Below, one piece after another: positions 56,454-64,000 of a stretch of DNA of 64,000 nt (within the stretch, counting starts at the first letter, position 1; each line of letters begins with the position of its first letter). A program made the translations under genes and the position numbers. This DNA comes from Pseudomonadota bacterium (GTDB lineage Bacteria; Pseudomonadota; Alphaproteobacteria; Rhizobiales; Rhizobiaceae). The stretch spans positions 76,294-140,293 of the forward strand of contig JBCBDX010000008.1 of NCBI GenBank assembly GCA_038529265.1. The letters are read 5' to 3'. The notes beneath the pieces were generated by a model that made no database searches, was not told the DNA's origin, and saw only the letters and a list, made by a program, of their open reading frames with translations.

Positions 56454-57707
56454 TTGGTCAAAGAAGAGCGTAAATTTGCTGCTGAGCTATTTATGCATGG
56501 CGTGCAAGCGGCCTCTCCAGGTGCAATCACAAGAAAAGCCGTGCTCAAGTATATTGAGCATTTTGAAAGCCAGCCGGTTACGATTATTGCCACTGGCAAG
56601 GCGTCGCTACCTATGGTGAGCGGTGCCTTTGATGCGTTAGGGCGTAGCAATATCGTTAGAGCTATTGCGGTTACCAATCGCGAAAATCTCGGTGAAATGC
56701 AGGACATCGATGTTTTCCCAGCTGGTCACCCGGTTCCGGATCAACAAGGCTTGAGCGCCGCCGAAGCGGTAATTGATTGTGCTTCGTCGCTTACTGAAAG
56801 CGACGTCCTTTTGTTTCTCGTATCGGGCGGTACTTCAGCAATGTTGCCAGCTCCTGCTGGCGAGCTGACCCTTGACGATGAGATTTCTGCGACCCAGGCG
56901 CTGCTTGCAAGTGGTGCACCTATTGATGCAGTCAATGCCATTCGAAGCAATATCTCCAAAATAAAGGGTGGCGGTTTGTCCGCCATTGCTGGCAAGGCGA
57001 CAGTTGTTACTTTGATGCTCTCAGATGTTCCGGGTGACGATCCGGCCGTGATCGGTAGTGGACCAACAATACCCACCAGAGCATCAAGTGACGATCTTGC
57101 CGCCATTATAAGCACTTACGATTTGGATCAGCGGTTGAGCAAGCCGGTTTTGAACCAGATACTACATGGTGCCGGCAGCCGACCACCCGAATTAGGTTTG
57201 AGGGTTGCGGAGGTCATTGGCTCCAACAAGATATCGTTGGATGCCGTCATTTCCGCTGCGCAAGAATTGGGCCATCAGGTTGAGGTGATATCGGAATGGT
57301 TGGATGGTGACGTGGACCAAGCGGCACAAGAGTTTACGCTTGCCGCCGGTCAGTGCAAACACAGGCCTGCCGTGCTTGTTGCGGGCGGTGAGACTACAGT
57401 TCAGTTGGTTGGTGATGGTATGGGCGGTCGTAATCAGGAACTTGCGCTGCGCTTTGCCAAGCATGCCAGAGAATTAAGTGGGCCTTGGGTTTTTCTATCG
57501 GGCGGAACTGACGGCAGAGATGGTCCCACCGATGCTGCCGGTGGCTTGGTTGATCACACATCATTGTCGCGAATTGGGACTGAAGCCGTCGAAATGGCAC
57601 TCGCCAACAATGATACCTACCGTGCTCTTGAGCGATCGGGTGACCTACTCATGACAGGTGCTACCGGCACGAACGTAGCTGATCTTCAGATACTACTTCT
57701 TTTGTAA
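56454..57707 (+). CDS. glycerate 2-kinase/hydroxypyruvate reductase-type protein (DUF4147 plus MOFRL)
   Basis: FLVSGGTSAM, IKGGGL and GGETTV...GGRNQE...LSGGTDGRDGPTDAAG motifs typical of TtuD-type glycerate kinase. TTG start as in the ORF track. Confidence 0.8.
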   Translation: MVKEERKFAAELFMHGVQAASPGAITRKAVLKYIEHFESQPVTIIATGKASLPMVSGAFDALGRSNIVRAIAVTNRENLGEMQDIDVFPAGHPVPDQQGLSAAEAVIDCASSLTESDVLLFLVSGGTSAMLPAPAGELTLDDEISATQALLASGAPIDAVNAIRSNISKIKGGGLSAIAGKATVVTLMLSDVPGDDPAVIGSGPTIPTRASSDDLAAIISTYDLDQRLSKPVLNQILHGAGSRPPELGLRVAEVIGSNKISLDAVISAAQELGHQVEVISEWLDGDVDQAAQEFTLAAGQCKHRPAVLVAGGETTVQLVGDGMGGRNQELALRFAKHARELSGPWVFLSGGTDGRDGPTDAAGGLVDHTSLSRIGTEAVEMALANNDTYRALERSGDLLMTGATGTNVADLQILLLL

Positions 57708-57708
57708 G

Positions 57709-58143
57709 TCAACGCTGATATTTGATGAAGGGTGTTAGAGTGCCAACGTCGTCATAAAGGCGGCGCGCAGTTTCATTGAAGTGCTGTGTTGTCCAGTAAA
57801 CTGTAGGTGCTTTTTCCTCGTCAGCTTTTTTATAAACCGCTTCGATCAAAGCCCGTCCAACGCCTTTGCCGCGTACGGCAGGAGCGGTAAACAGGTCCTG
57901 TAGATAGCAGACCTTCTCAACCTTCCATGTGTGCCGATGAAAGAAGTAGTGAGCGAGACCGACTGCTTCTTTTCCATTCCATGCCAAGAGGCACGATGGT
58001 TCATCGGGCCGATCAATGAAAATGCGGTTCCACGTGGTTGAATACACATCCTCAGAGACAGTCGCTTCATAGAAGACCAAATATTGTGTCCAGAGATCGC
58101 GCCATACGTCCCGGTCTTCAGGCCGAGCGGCCCGTACTTCCAT
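57709..58143 (-). CDS. GNAT family N-acetyltransferase
   Basis: LFTAPAVRGKGVGRALIEAV acetyl-CoA motif. ATG 58143 overlaps the metA stop by 1 nt. The ORF-track start at 58242 is rejected. Confidence 0.75.
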   Translation of the reverse strand: MEVRAARPEDRDVWRDLWTQYLVFYEATVSEDVYSTTWNRIFIDRPDEPSCLLAWNGKEAVGLAHYFFHRHTWKVEKVCYLQDLFTAPAVRGKGVGRALIEAVYKKADEEKAPTVYWTTQHFNETARRLYDDVGTLTPFIKYQR

Positions 58144-59069
58144 CACATGCGATCCTTTCCGATATCTGACACATCGTACGATGTTGTTTGGTAGACTTGG
58201 TTGATCCAATTGCCAAACAAAAGAAACGCATGGCTGCGCCACCGGTTTTTTGGTTCCTTGTCCGGATCATCATCGGGGAAGTAGTTTTGGGGAATGGAGA
58301 TCGGCGTGCCGTTTTCCAAGTCTCTAAAATACTCATTCGCCAATGACTGGCTGTCATATTCAATATGATTGAAGATGTAGAGGCGGTTCGCGAAGGCCTC
58401 GTGCAACAGGCATACACCTGTCGCATGGCTCTCCATAAGTACCTCAAGCCCAGCACCCTCGGGAAACTCGGATTTGCGTACTTCTGTCCAACGCGAAACC
58501 GAGACTTGGAAATCATCTGAGAAGCCCGCCAGATAGGGAGAGGTCGGATTGAGATTAATGTGCCGATAAACGCCAAATGCCTTTTGTGGCAAAGTGTGTT
58601 TGGGAATGTTGTGGAAGCGATAGGCGGCGGCCATCGCCCCCCAACAAATGAAAAATGTTGAGTGAACATTGGTTGTCGTCCAATCGAGGATTTCTGCCAT
58701 TTCGTCCCAATAGCTCACATCTTCAAATGGCATCGTCTCAATGGGGGCGCCCGTAATGATGAAACCATCAAACTTTTGATCACGCACCTCCTGCCACGTC
58801 TTATAAAAGGCGATGAGATGCTCTTCTGAGGTGTTTTTGGATTTGTGACTGCCTATGCGCACAAGCGTTAAATCCACCTGAAGCGGCGTTGAACCGATCA
58901 GTCTGGCGATCTGTGTTTCGGTGCGGATTTTGTCCGGCATCAGGTTCAACAGCCCGATGCGGAGCGGACGAATATCCTGCCGAGCGGCTGTATCCTCGTC
59001 CATCACCATGACGCCCTCATTTAAAAGCGTCTGTCGGGCAGGAAGCGAAGATGGGATTCTGATGGGCAC
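58143..59069 (-). CDS. metA: homoserine O-acyltransferase (MetA family)
   Basis: [23 protein letters not shown]-terminus, LNLMPDK and ICWGAMAA motifs. GTG start. Confidence 0.9.
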   Translation of the reverse strand: MPIRIPSSLPARQTLLNEGVMVMDEDTAARQDIRPLRIGLLNLMPDKIRTETQIARLIGSTPLQVDLTLVRIGSHKSKNTSEEHLIAFYKTWQEVRDQKFDGFIITGAPIETMPFEDVSYWDEMAEILDWTTTNVHSTFFICWGAMAAAYRFHNIPKHTLPQKAFGVYRHINLNPTSPYLAGFSDDFQVSVSRWTEVRKSEFPEGAGLEVLMESHATGVCLLHEAFANRLYIFNHIEYDSQSLANEYFRDLENGTPISIPQNYFPDDDPDKEPKNRWRSHAFLLFGNWINQVYQTTSYDVSDIGKDRM

Positions 59070-59125
59070 TCTACTGTCTCACTCTAGAATTATCGCTGTC
59101 GGAAACAGGGTCGGTGAGACTCGGT

Positions 59126-59180
59126 CCTTTAGCGAGTTGTTTAACGTGGCTGCAAGCCGACCGGCCAAATCACCACGAGG
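59126..59180 (-). promoter_or_regulatory. SAM-II (metA-element) riboswitch candidate in the metA leader
   Basis: The minus-strand RNA reads CCUCGUGGUGAUUUGGCCGGUCGGCUUGCAGCCACGUUAAACAACUCGCUAAAGG. CGUGG/CCACG form P1, and the GAUUU...GCUUGC...GCUAAAG elements match my recollection of the SAM-II consensus. It lies ~55 nt upstream of the metA start. Confidence 0.6.
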
Positions 59181-59242
59181 GCGCCCATCTAGACCCGCGT
59201 GCCTTTTTCGTCAATGAGGGAGTACAGGTTTTGCTCTGCGGC

Positions 59243-60124
59243 TTAGCGTGTTGGAACTGGCGTTTCGCCGCGATAATCATAAAAGCCTCGTCCGCTTTTG
59301 CGGCCAAGCCATCCTGCTTCGACATACTTTACCAGAAGCGGGCACGGGCGGTATTTGGTATCCGCCAAACCATCATGCAGGACCTGCATGATGGCTAAGC
59401 ACGTATCGAGACCAATGAAGTCTGCAAGTTCCAATGGGCCCATTGGGTGGTTGGCGCCAAGCTTCATCGACTGATCTATAGATTGAACATTTCCAACGCC
59501 TTCATAGAGCGTGTAAATCGCTTCATTGATCATTGGGATCAGAATGCGATTGACGATAAAGGCCGGGAAGTCCTCGGAGACCGTGGCTGTTTTGCCTAAT
59601 GTAGCAACATAGTCTTTGCCGATCTGATAGGTGTCGTCTTCGGTGGCGATACCGCGTACGAGTTCGACCAGCTTCATGACTGGCACAGGGTTCATGAAGT
59701 GGATGCCCATGAATTTTTCGGGTCGATCCGTTTTCTGGGCCAGTCTTGTGATCGATAGAGAAGATGTGTTGGTCGCGATGATCGCGTCAGCGTTCAGAAC
59801 CGGGCAGAGGTCTGCGAAAATCGCATTCTTGACGTCCTCGTTTTCGCTGGCCGCTTCAATTACCAGATCGCACTCACCAAGCGCTTTCATGTCACCTGCC
59901 GGTGCAAGGTTTGCCGCGATTGTTGTTTGAACTTCGGCAGCCATTTTCTCGCGCGATACGAGCTTCTCGGCGGTCGCTTTGATTTTACTGATCGCGTTTT
60001 CGGCGTTGTTGATGGAAATGTCGGTCAGAGTAACGCTGTAGCCGGCAGCAGCTGAGACCTGCGCAATGCCAGCCCCCATTTGGCCTGCACCGATGACGCC
60101 AATCTTTTTGATTTCAATTGCCAT
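59243..60124 (-). CDS. 3-hydroxybutyryl-CoA dehydrogenase
   Basis: MAIEIKKIGVIGAGQMGAGIAQV Rossmann N-terminus and C-terminal 3HCDH domain. The ORF-track start at 60277 would overlap the upstream gene and is rejected. Confidence 0.88.
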   Translation of the reverse strand: MAIEIKKIGVIGAGQMGAGIAQVSAAAGYSVTLTDISINNAENAISKIKATAEKLVSREKMAAEVQTTIAANLAPAGDMKALGECDLVIEAASENEDVKNAIFADLCPVLNADAIIATNTSSLSITRLAQKTDRPEKFMGIHFMNPVPVMKLVELVRGIATEDDTYQIGKDYVATLGKTATVSEDFPAFIVNRILIPMINEAIYTLYEGVGNVQSIDQSMKLGANHPMGPLELADFIGLDTCLAIMQVLHDGLADTKYRPCPLLVKYVEAGWLGRKSGRGFYDYRGETPVPTR

Positions 60125-60218
60125 TTGCCTGATCCCGTCGATTTCTTTTTTATCAAATCTGCCTCTTGTGCACTGCAATGTAAATGCACGTTTGGACGAG
60201 AAATCTCGGCATAAGGTA

Positions 60219-61211
60219 CTATTCAATAAATGTGACCTCGACACCCCGCCTGACAAGTCGCGCAAGTTCAAGCGCATCCCAATTGGTCAAACGCACGCAC
60301 CCCACGCTCGCTGTCACACCGATTTCGGACGGCTCGGGCGTTCCATGAATGCCGTATGTGCGCTTTGAAAGGCCAATCCATGCATTGCCCACGGGACTGT
60401 TTGGTCCAGCAGGCAAGCGGACCAAGCCTTTGGAAAGCCCAGGTTGTGCCGAACCGTTCGGATCGTAAGTGTATTGCGGGTCTTGTGCCTTGTTTTTGAC
60501 GCGATGGGTTCCCGTCGGTGAAGGTGTTGTTTTCGAGCCAATGGAAGCCGGATAGGCGGCGACGAGCGTTCCATCTTCCGCATAAGCCCGCACTTGTAAC
60601 TTGGATTTGTCCGCCTCAATGCGCTTTATCTGCTTTTGCAAATATCGGCCAATGTTGGCAACGCGAATGCTGTTTCCTTGGTGTTCGAAGTCAACGCCCT
60701 CATTCAGCGCACGCAGATAGCCTTCGTCCATGTGGAAGCGTTCAGCCAGCATTTCGATGATATTTCGAAATCCAATACGCGGAAGATTGGCCTGATCGAC
60801 ATACAGTTCCGGGATGTCGGGCGTGAATGGGCCTGCGATATCTTCTTTGGTGATTTCGTAGGTGATGAACAATGGGGCCGCGCTGACGCGGTTCCGGCCA
60901 ACGATCAGATGCTCATCGGGCCGTTCACGATTGTGGGTCGCCAGTGCTAGTCGAAAACGCTTCGTATCAAGTCCATCAATGACGCCTGGCGAAAAACCGC
61001 GCTGGTCCAGCATAATCTGAACATTGGCGATAGCGAGCGACGCTTTGGTGTTTTGACTAGTTGAAGAAGGATCTTTTGGGACCAAATAGTGTTGGCTACC
61101 GCCCACGGTAACGTCGTCAAAATCGTCAGATGTTGGCGGCAATGCTTGAGCCGCAGGGACAAGGTAGAAGCAAGCAAAACCAGCGGTGATGAGAATAGAG
61201 CGACGGCACAT
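60219..61211 (-). CDS. L,D-transpeptidase (YkuD) with a peptidoglycan-binding domain
   Basis: Signal peptide, a PG-binding-like segment (IMLDQRGFSPGVIDG), and the catalytic GIHGTPEPSEIGVTASVGCVRL. Confidence 0.85.
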   Translation of the reverse strand: MCRRSILITAGFACFYLVPAAQALPPTSDDFDDVTVGGSQHYLVPKDPSSTSQNTKASLAIANVQIMLDQRGFSPGVIDGLDTKRFRLALATHNRERPDEHLIVGRNRVSAAPLFITYEITKEDIAGPFTPDIPELYVDQANLPRIGFRNIIEMLAERFHMDEGYLRALNEGVDFEHQGNSIRVANIGRYLQKQIKRIEADKSKLQVRAYAEDGTLVAAYPASIGSKTTPSPTGTHRVKNKAQDPQYTYDPNGSAQPGLSKGLVRLPAGPNSPVGNAWIGLSKRTYGIHGTPEPSEIGVTASVGCVRLTNWDALELARLVRRGVEVTFIE

Positions 61212-61356
61212 GATCGCCGCGCTATCGCATCGCTTTTACAATGCTTCAAGAGAAACTGTTAACGATAGCAACAGGAAGTTCGGCCCTTACGACCGACGTT
61301 AAACCTATCCGCGTAAGGTGCGACGAGGAAAATACAACTTTTGTGCGAAATTAACG

Positions 61357-62616
61357 ATGGCGGTCGTGGAAAAACTAAAAAACCTCTGGCGCAATCGTGC
61401 AGGTGGCTTTGCGCTGCAGGCGGCGGTTTTCTCACCGGTTTTGCTTGGTGCTTCGGCCGTTACGCTCGACTTCATGAATTATGCCAATCACCGCTCACAG
61501 CTTCAAGAAGTTGCTGATGCTGCTGCGCTGGCTGCTGTGCGGGAGGCTGCGATTAAAGGCTGGAACCCAACAATCGCGCAGTCCATCGCTAACTCGTTTG
61601 TGGCCAGCAACTTCGAGAATGATGATGGGACGAGCAGCACTATTTACAAAGCTGTTGCCAATCCCGATGAGACAACACGCAGCGTCAAGGTTGTTGTCAC
61701 GCAAGATCATTACCCGTACTTCGCCGCACGGTTTTTCCCAACGCCTCAAATTGCGGTTGATGCAGTTGCCACTTCAGCTGCAAGTAAGGACAATATTTGT
61801 GTGATTGCTCTGGAAGAAACCAAAGATCGGGCGCTGTCTTTGAAAACCCAGTCATCTTTGGTCGCTCCAACCTGTGCTGTTTATTCGAACTCAAATCATA
61901 ATTTCGGCATGGAAGCGCTTGGTAATGCAAAGATTGATGCAGCGCTTATCTGTTCTAGCGGTGGTCGAAAGGGGTCTGATGGCAACTTCGTCGGTAATGC
62001 TCTCACAAACTGCCCAAAGGTAGAGGACCCGTTAATCGCGCGCCCGCAGCCCTCGGTGGGCGGCTGCACGTACAGCAATCGGGAAGTCAACGGCATAGCA
62101 ACAACTCTATCACCTGGCGTTTATTGTGGTGGACTGAGTATCAGAGCGGGCTCTGAAGTCACATTTGCACCTGGCATTTACATTATAAAAGATGGGGTTT
62201 TGAACGTTGAAACAAACTCCAGGGTCTACGGGCGCGATGTAGGTTTTTATTTCACCGGCGCTGTGACCTATCTGCAGTTTTTAGGCAGTGCTGATATTGA
62301 CCTTGAAGGTCCAAAAAATGGCCCGATGGCGGGAATGCTGTTTTATCAGGATCCAACTAGCAGTTATCAGACCTTTACGATCGCTTCCGATAATGCGCGC
62401 AATATGGTGGGTGTTATTTACCTGCCCAATGGCATGCTAAAAGTTGAAACCAATAATCCGGTCTCCGATAAGTCTGCCTACACCGCTCTTATCGTCAAAA
62501 GGCTTCGGTTAGACAAAGGGCCGAATTTGGTTCTCAACACCGCTTACGGAGCGACGGACGTGCCGGTGCCTTCTGCGCTTTCCGGCCGTGCCGGTGAAAC
62601 CAGGCTGGTCGACTAG
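61357..62616 (+). CDS. TadE/TadG-like (Flp pilus assembly-related) exported protein
   Basis: N-terminal TadE-like segment RNRAGGFALQAAVFSPVLLGASAVTLDF, then a beta-rich body. No other tad genes are in the window. Confidence 0.6.
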   Translation: MAVVEKLKNLWRNRAGGFALQAAVFSPVLLGASAVTLDFMNYANHRSQLQEVADAAALAAVREAAIKGWNPTIAQSIANSFVASNFENDDGTSSTIYKAVANPDETTRSVKVVVTQDHYPYFAARFFPTPQIAVDAVATSAASKDNICVIALEETKDRALSLKTQSSLVAPTCAVYSNSNHNFGMEALGNAKIDAALICSSGGRKGSDGNFVGNALTNCPKVEDPLIARPQPSVGGCTYSNREVNGIATTLSPGVYCGGLSIRAGSEVTFAPGIYIIKDGVLNVETNSRVYGRDVGFYFTGAVTYLQFLGSADIDLEGPKNGPMAGMLFYQDPTSSYQTFTIASDNARNMVGVIYLPNGMLKVETNNPVSDKSAYTALIVKRLRLDKGPNLVLNTAYGATDVPVPSALSGRAGETRLVD

Positions 62617-62622
62617 CGTCGC

Positions 62623-62982
62623 TTAGATCAATCCAAGCTCAGCCTGCTTTTTCTTTGTCAGGCCGTTTGCCACGAGCGTGTGACTTGCCCGGATATAGTC
62701 CTTAAGGTCGGTGTCTTTCATGCTGGACGCGTTTGTGCGTTGTATCCACTTCATCCCGCGCGAGGCGAGATAAGGCGCGGGGCGACAGCCGGGCTGTTCT
62801 TTCAAAATATCAAAGGCTAACGGTGACACTTTAAAGGTCACAAAAGGTTCTTCGCCTTCATTCCATCCGGCAATTGCAAAGACTTTGCCACCCACCTTCC
62901 ATACATCGGCCCCGCCCCACTGAACCACATGGGTCGTCGCGGGGAGGTCTGCGCAAAACTGGTTGTATTCTTCGCGATTCAT
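62623..62982 (-). CDS. MmcQ/YjbR family DNA-binding protein
   Basis: 119 aa. ...HVVQWGGADVWKVGGKVFAI...FKV... is the YjbR pattern. Confidence 0.7.
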   Translation of the reverse strand: MNREEYNQFCADLPATTHVVQWGGADVWKVGGKVFAIAGWNEGEEPFVTFKVSPLAFDILKEQPGCRPAPYLASRGMKWIQRTNASSMKDTDLKDYIRASHTLVANGLTKKKQAELGLI

Positions 62983-63018
62983 GATGTGATGTTAGCGGGT
63001 TTAACAGGGGTGATCAAA

Positions 63019-63492
63019 ATGTCTGATCCGTGTGAAGAAGCCAGAGCAGGTCTGGAGAACGCCACTAATGTGCGCATTCAAGTGCAGTGGGAACTGAGCC
63101 AGGAAAACGATCTTTTGGATGAGTATAAGAGCGATATGGAAGGCGCGGCCAGCGAAAAGGCACGCGCGGTTTCTGCCATGCGATCTGCAGGAGAGGCCAA
63201 GTCCAACGCTGCAGAAAAGCTCAGGTACAAGAAAGACATTCTTGCTGATGACCCCAATGACACCTGGAAGAAGGCTGAGGTTAGGGAAGCAAAGAGCGAA
63301 TTGGCATCAGCTACCAGAGCTTACGATACAGCACGGGCCCGCGCCCAAGATGCCAAAACCACGCACTCACATTTCAAACGCAGATATGAGAACAAAAGAG
63401 CCTATGTGAAGGAGAAGAAGAACTATTGGAACCGGCTCACCCGTTCCATGAATAGTTGGCAACGCAAGGTCGACCGCCACTGCAAAAGCTGA
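63019..63492 (+). CDS. hypothetical coiled-coil protein
   Basis: Internal ATG of ORF 62929..63492. 157 aa, highly charged (K/E/R/A), heptad-like, with no signal peptide. Cysteines occur only near both termini. Confidence 0.45.
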   Translation: MSDPCEEARAGLENATNVRIQVQWELSQENDLLDEYKSDMEGAASEKARAVSAMRSAGEAKSNAAEKLRYKKDILADDPNDTWKKAEVREAKSELASATRAYDTARARAQDAKTTHSHFKRRYENKRAYVKEKKNYWNRLTRSMNSWQRKVDRHCKS

Positions 63493-63528
63493 GCTGGCGG
63501 GACAACTGCCCCGCCAAAACCGTTTCAA

Positions 63529-64000
63529 TCAGGCTGCTGCCTTGTCATCATTGGATGCCGCATGCCGCACTCTGAAGTTCAAGCGATCAGATCCTGCAAT
63601 GACTTTGATGGCAGAACTGTCCGGCGCATCACCGGCAAGTATTAGCTCTGCCAACGGGTCCTGTAGCTCGCGCTGGATTACCCGTTTGAGCGGGCGGGCA
63701 CCATACGCTGCATCGTAGCCGCGCTCGGCGAGCCAAATATATGCGTCTTCATCCAGTTCCAGCTTGATCTTGCGATCGGAAAGGAGACCTTCCAATCGCG
63801 CAAGCTGAATTTGAACAATCTGACCCATGTCTTCGCGCCGCAGGCGGTGAAACAGGATTGTTTCGTCTATGCGGTTCAAGAACTCGGGTCGGAACGCCAC
63901 CTTAACAGCATCCATCACAACATCACGCACGCTGTCTGTGTCCGCGCCGTCTTCCAGATTGACAAGGAATTCCGCGCCGAGGTTTGACGTCATGATGATC
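63529..64000 (-). CDS. clpB: ATP-dependent chaperone ClpB (C-terminal part; gene continues beyond the right window edge)
   Basis: FRPEFLNRIDETILFHRL...YGARPLKRVIQRELQDPLAELIL is the canonical ClpB/Hsp104 C-terminus. Confidence 0.9.
   Translation of the reverse strand, partial: IIMTSNLGAEFLVNLEDGADTDSVRDVVMDAVKVAFRPEFLNRIDETILFHRLRREDMGQIVQIQLARLEGLLSDRKIKLELDEDAYIWLAERGYDAAYGARPLKRVIQRELQDPLAELILAGDAPDSSAIKVIAGSDRLNFRVRHAASNDDKAAA

Noticed and set aside
56315-56707. 130-aa minus-strand ORF
   Set aside because: It is antisense to the start of the glycerate-kinase gene and the end of the cassette's third gene. It has no RBS or motif.
58118-58669. 183-aa minus-strand ORF
   Set aside because: It is an out-of-frame overlap with metA, whose own frame has the canonical family motifs.
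1-64000. CRISPR arrays, IS elements, prophage genes, toxin-antitoxin pairs, rRNA and tRNA genes
   Set aside because: I scanned the intergenic regions and the ORF list by eye. No spaced direct-repeat array, transposase or integrase (other than XerD), phage structural gene or cloverleaf-like sequence was seen. A computational scan (tRNAscan-SE, ISfinder, CRISPR detection) would be needed to be certain.

Overview
This window reads as a compact, mostly housekeeping chromosomal segment of an alphaproteobacterium. The taxon call is an inference from gene content and order, which look Hyphomicrobiales/Rhizobiales-like: thiBPQ, rpoH-carD-fdxA-S4-helicase, tlpA/argH-lipoprotein-lysA-TIGR02302, cpdR-hpt, ftsEX, tyrC-hisC-chorismate mutase, rpmB, cobST, bolA, aroKB, xerD-accA, metA and clpB. 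I found no transposase, phage, CRISPR, rRNA or tRNA signal.

About 75 CDSs are supported. One of them, a thiamine pyrophosphokinase at the left edge, is missing from the ORF track because it runs off the window. Three cis-regulatory RNAs can be read directly from the sequence:
- a TPP riboswitch before thiB
- a SAM-II-like element before metA
- a compact preQ1-I-like pseudoknot before the YhhQ transporter

The parts that standard annotation does not explain are:
1. A 651-bp non-coding gap (11378-12028) holds 10 GANTC sites, a duplicated ~32-nt module, a DnaA-box-like 9-mer and a perfect CtrA box.
2. A block at 53.3-56.4 kb has a periplasmic EF-hand protein divergent from an OmpR/EnvZ-type two-component system, with 10-bp phased repeats between them. 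It is followed by a 630-bp poorly coding gap and a three-gene cassette I cannot assign to any family: two secreted paralogs plus a two-TM protein.
3. An unrecognisable 2-TM protein is inserted into the argH-lipoprotein-lysA arrangement.

I cannot show that any of these is a new system. The 54.5-56.4 kb cassette and the GANTC-dense gap are the best candidates. All functional calls rest on motif recognition by eye, with no database search.
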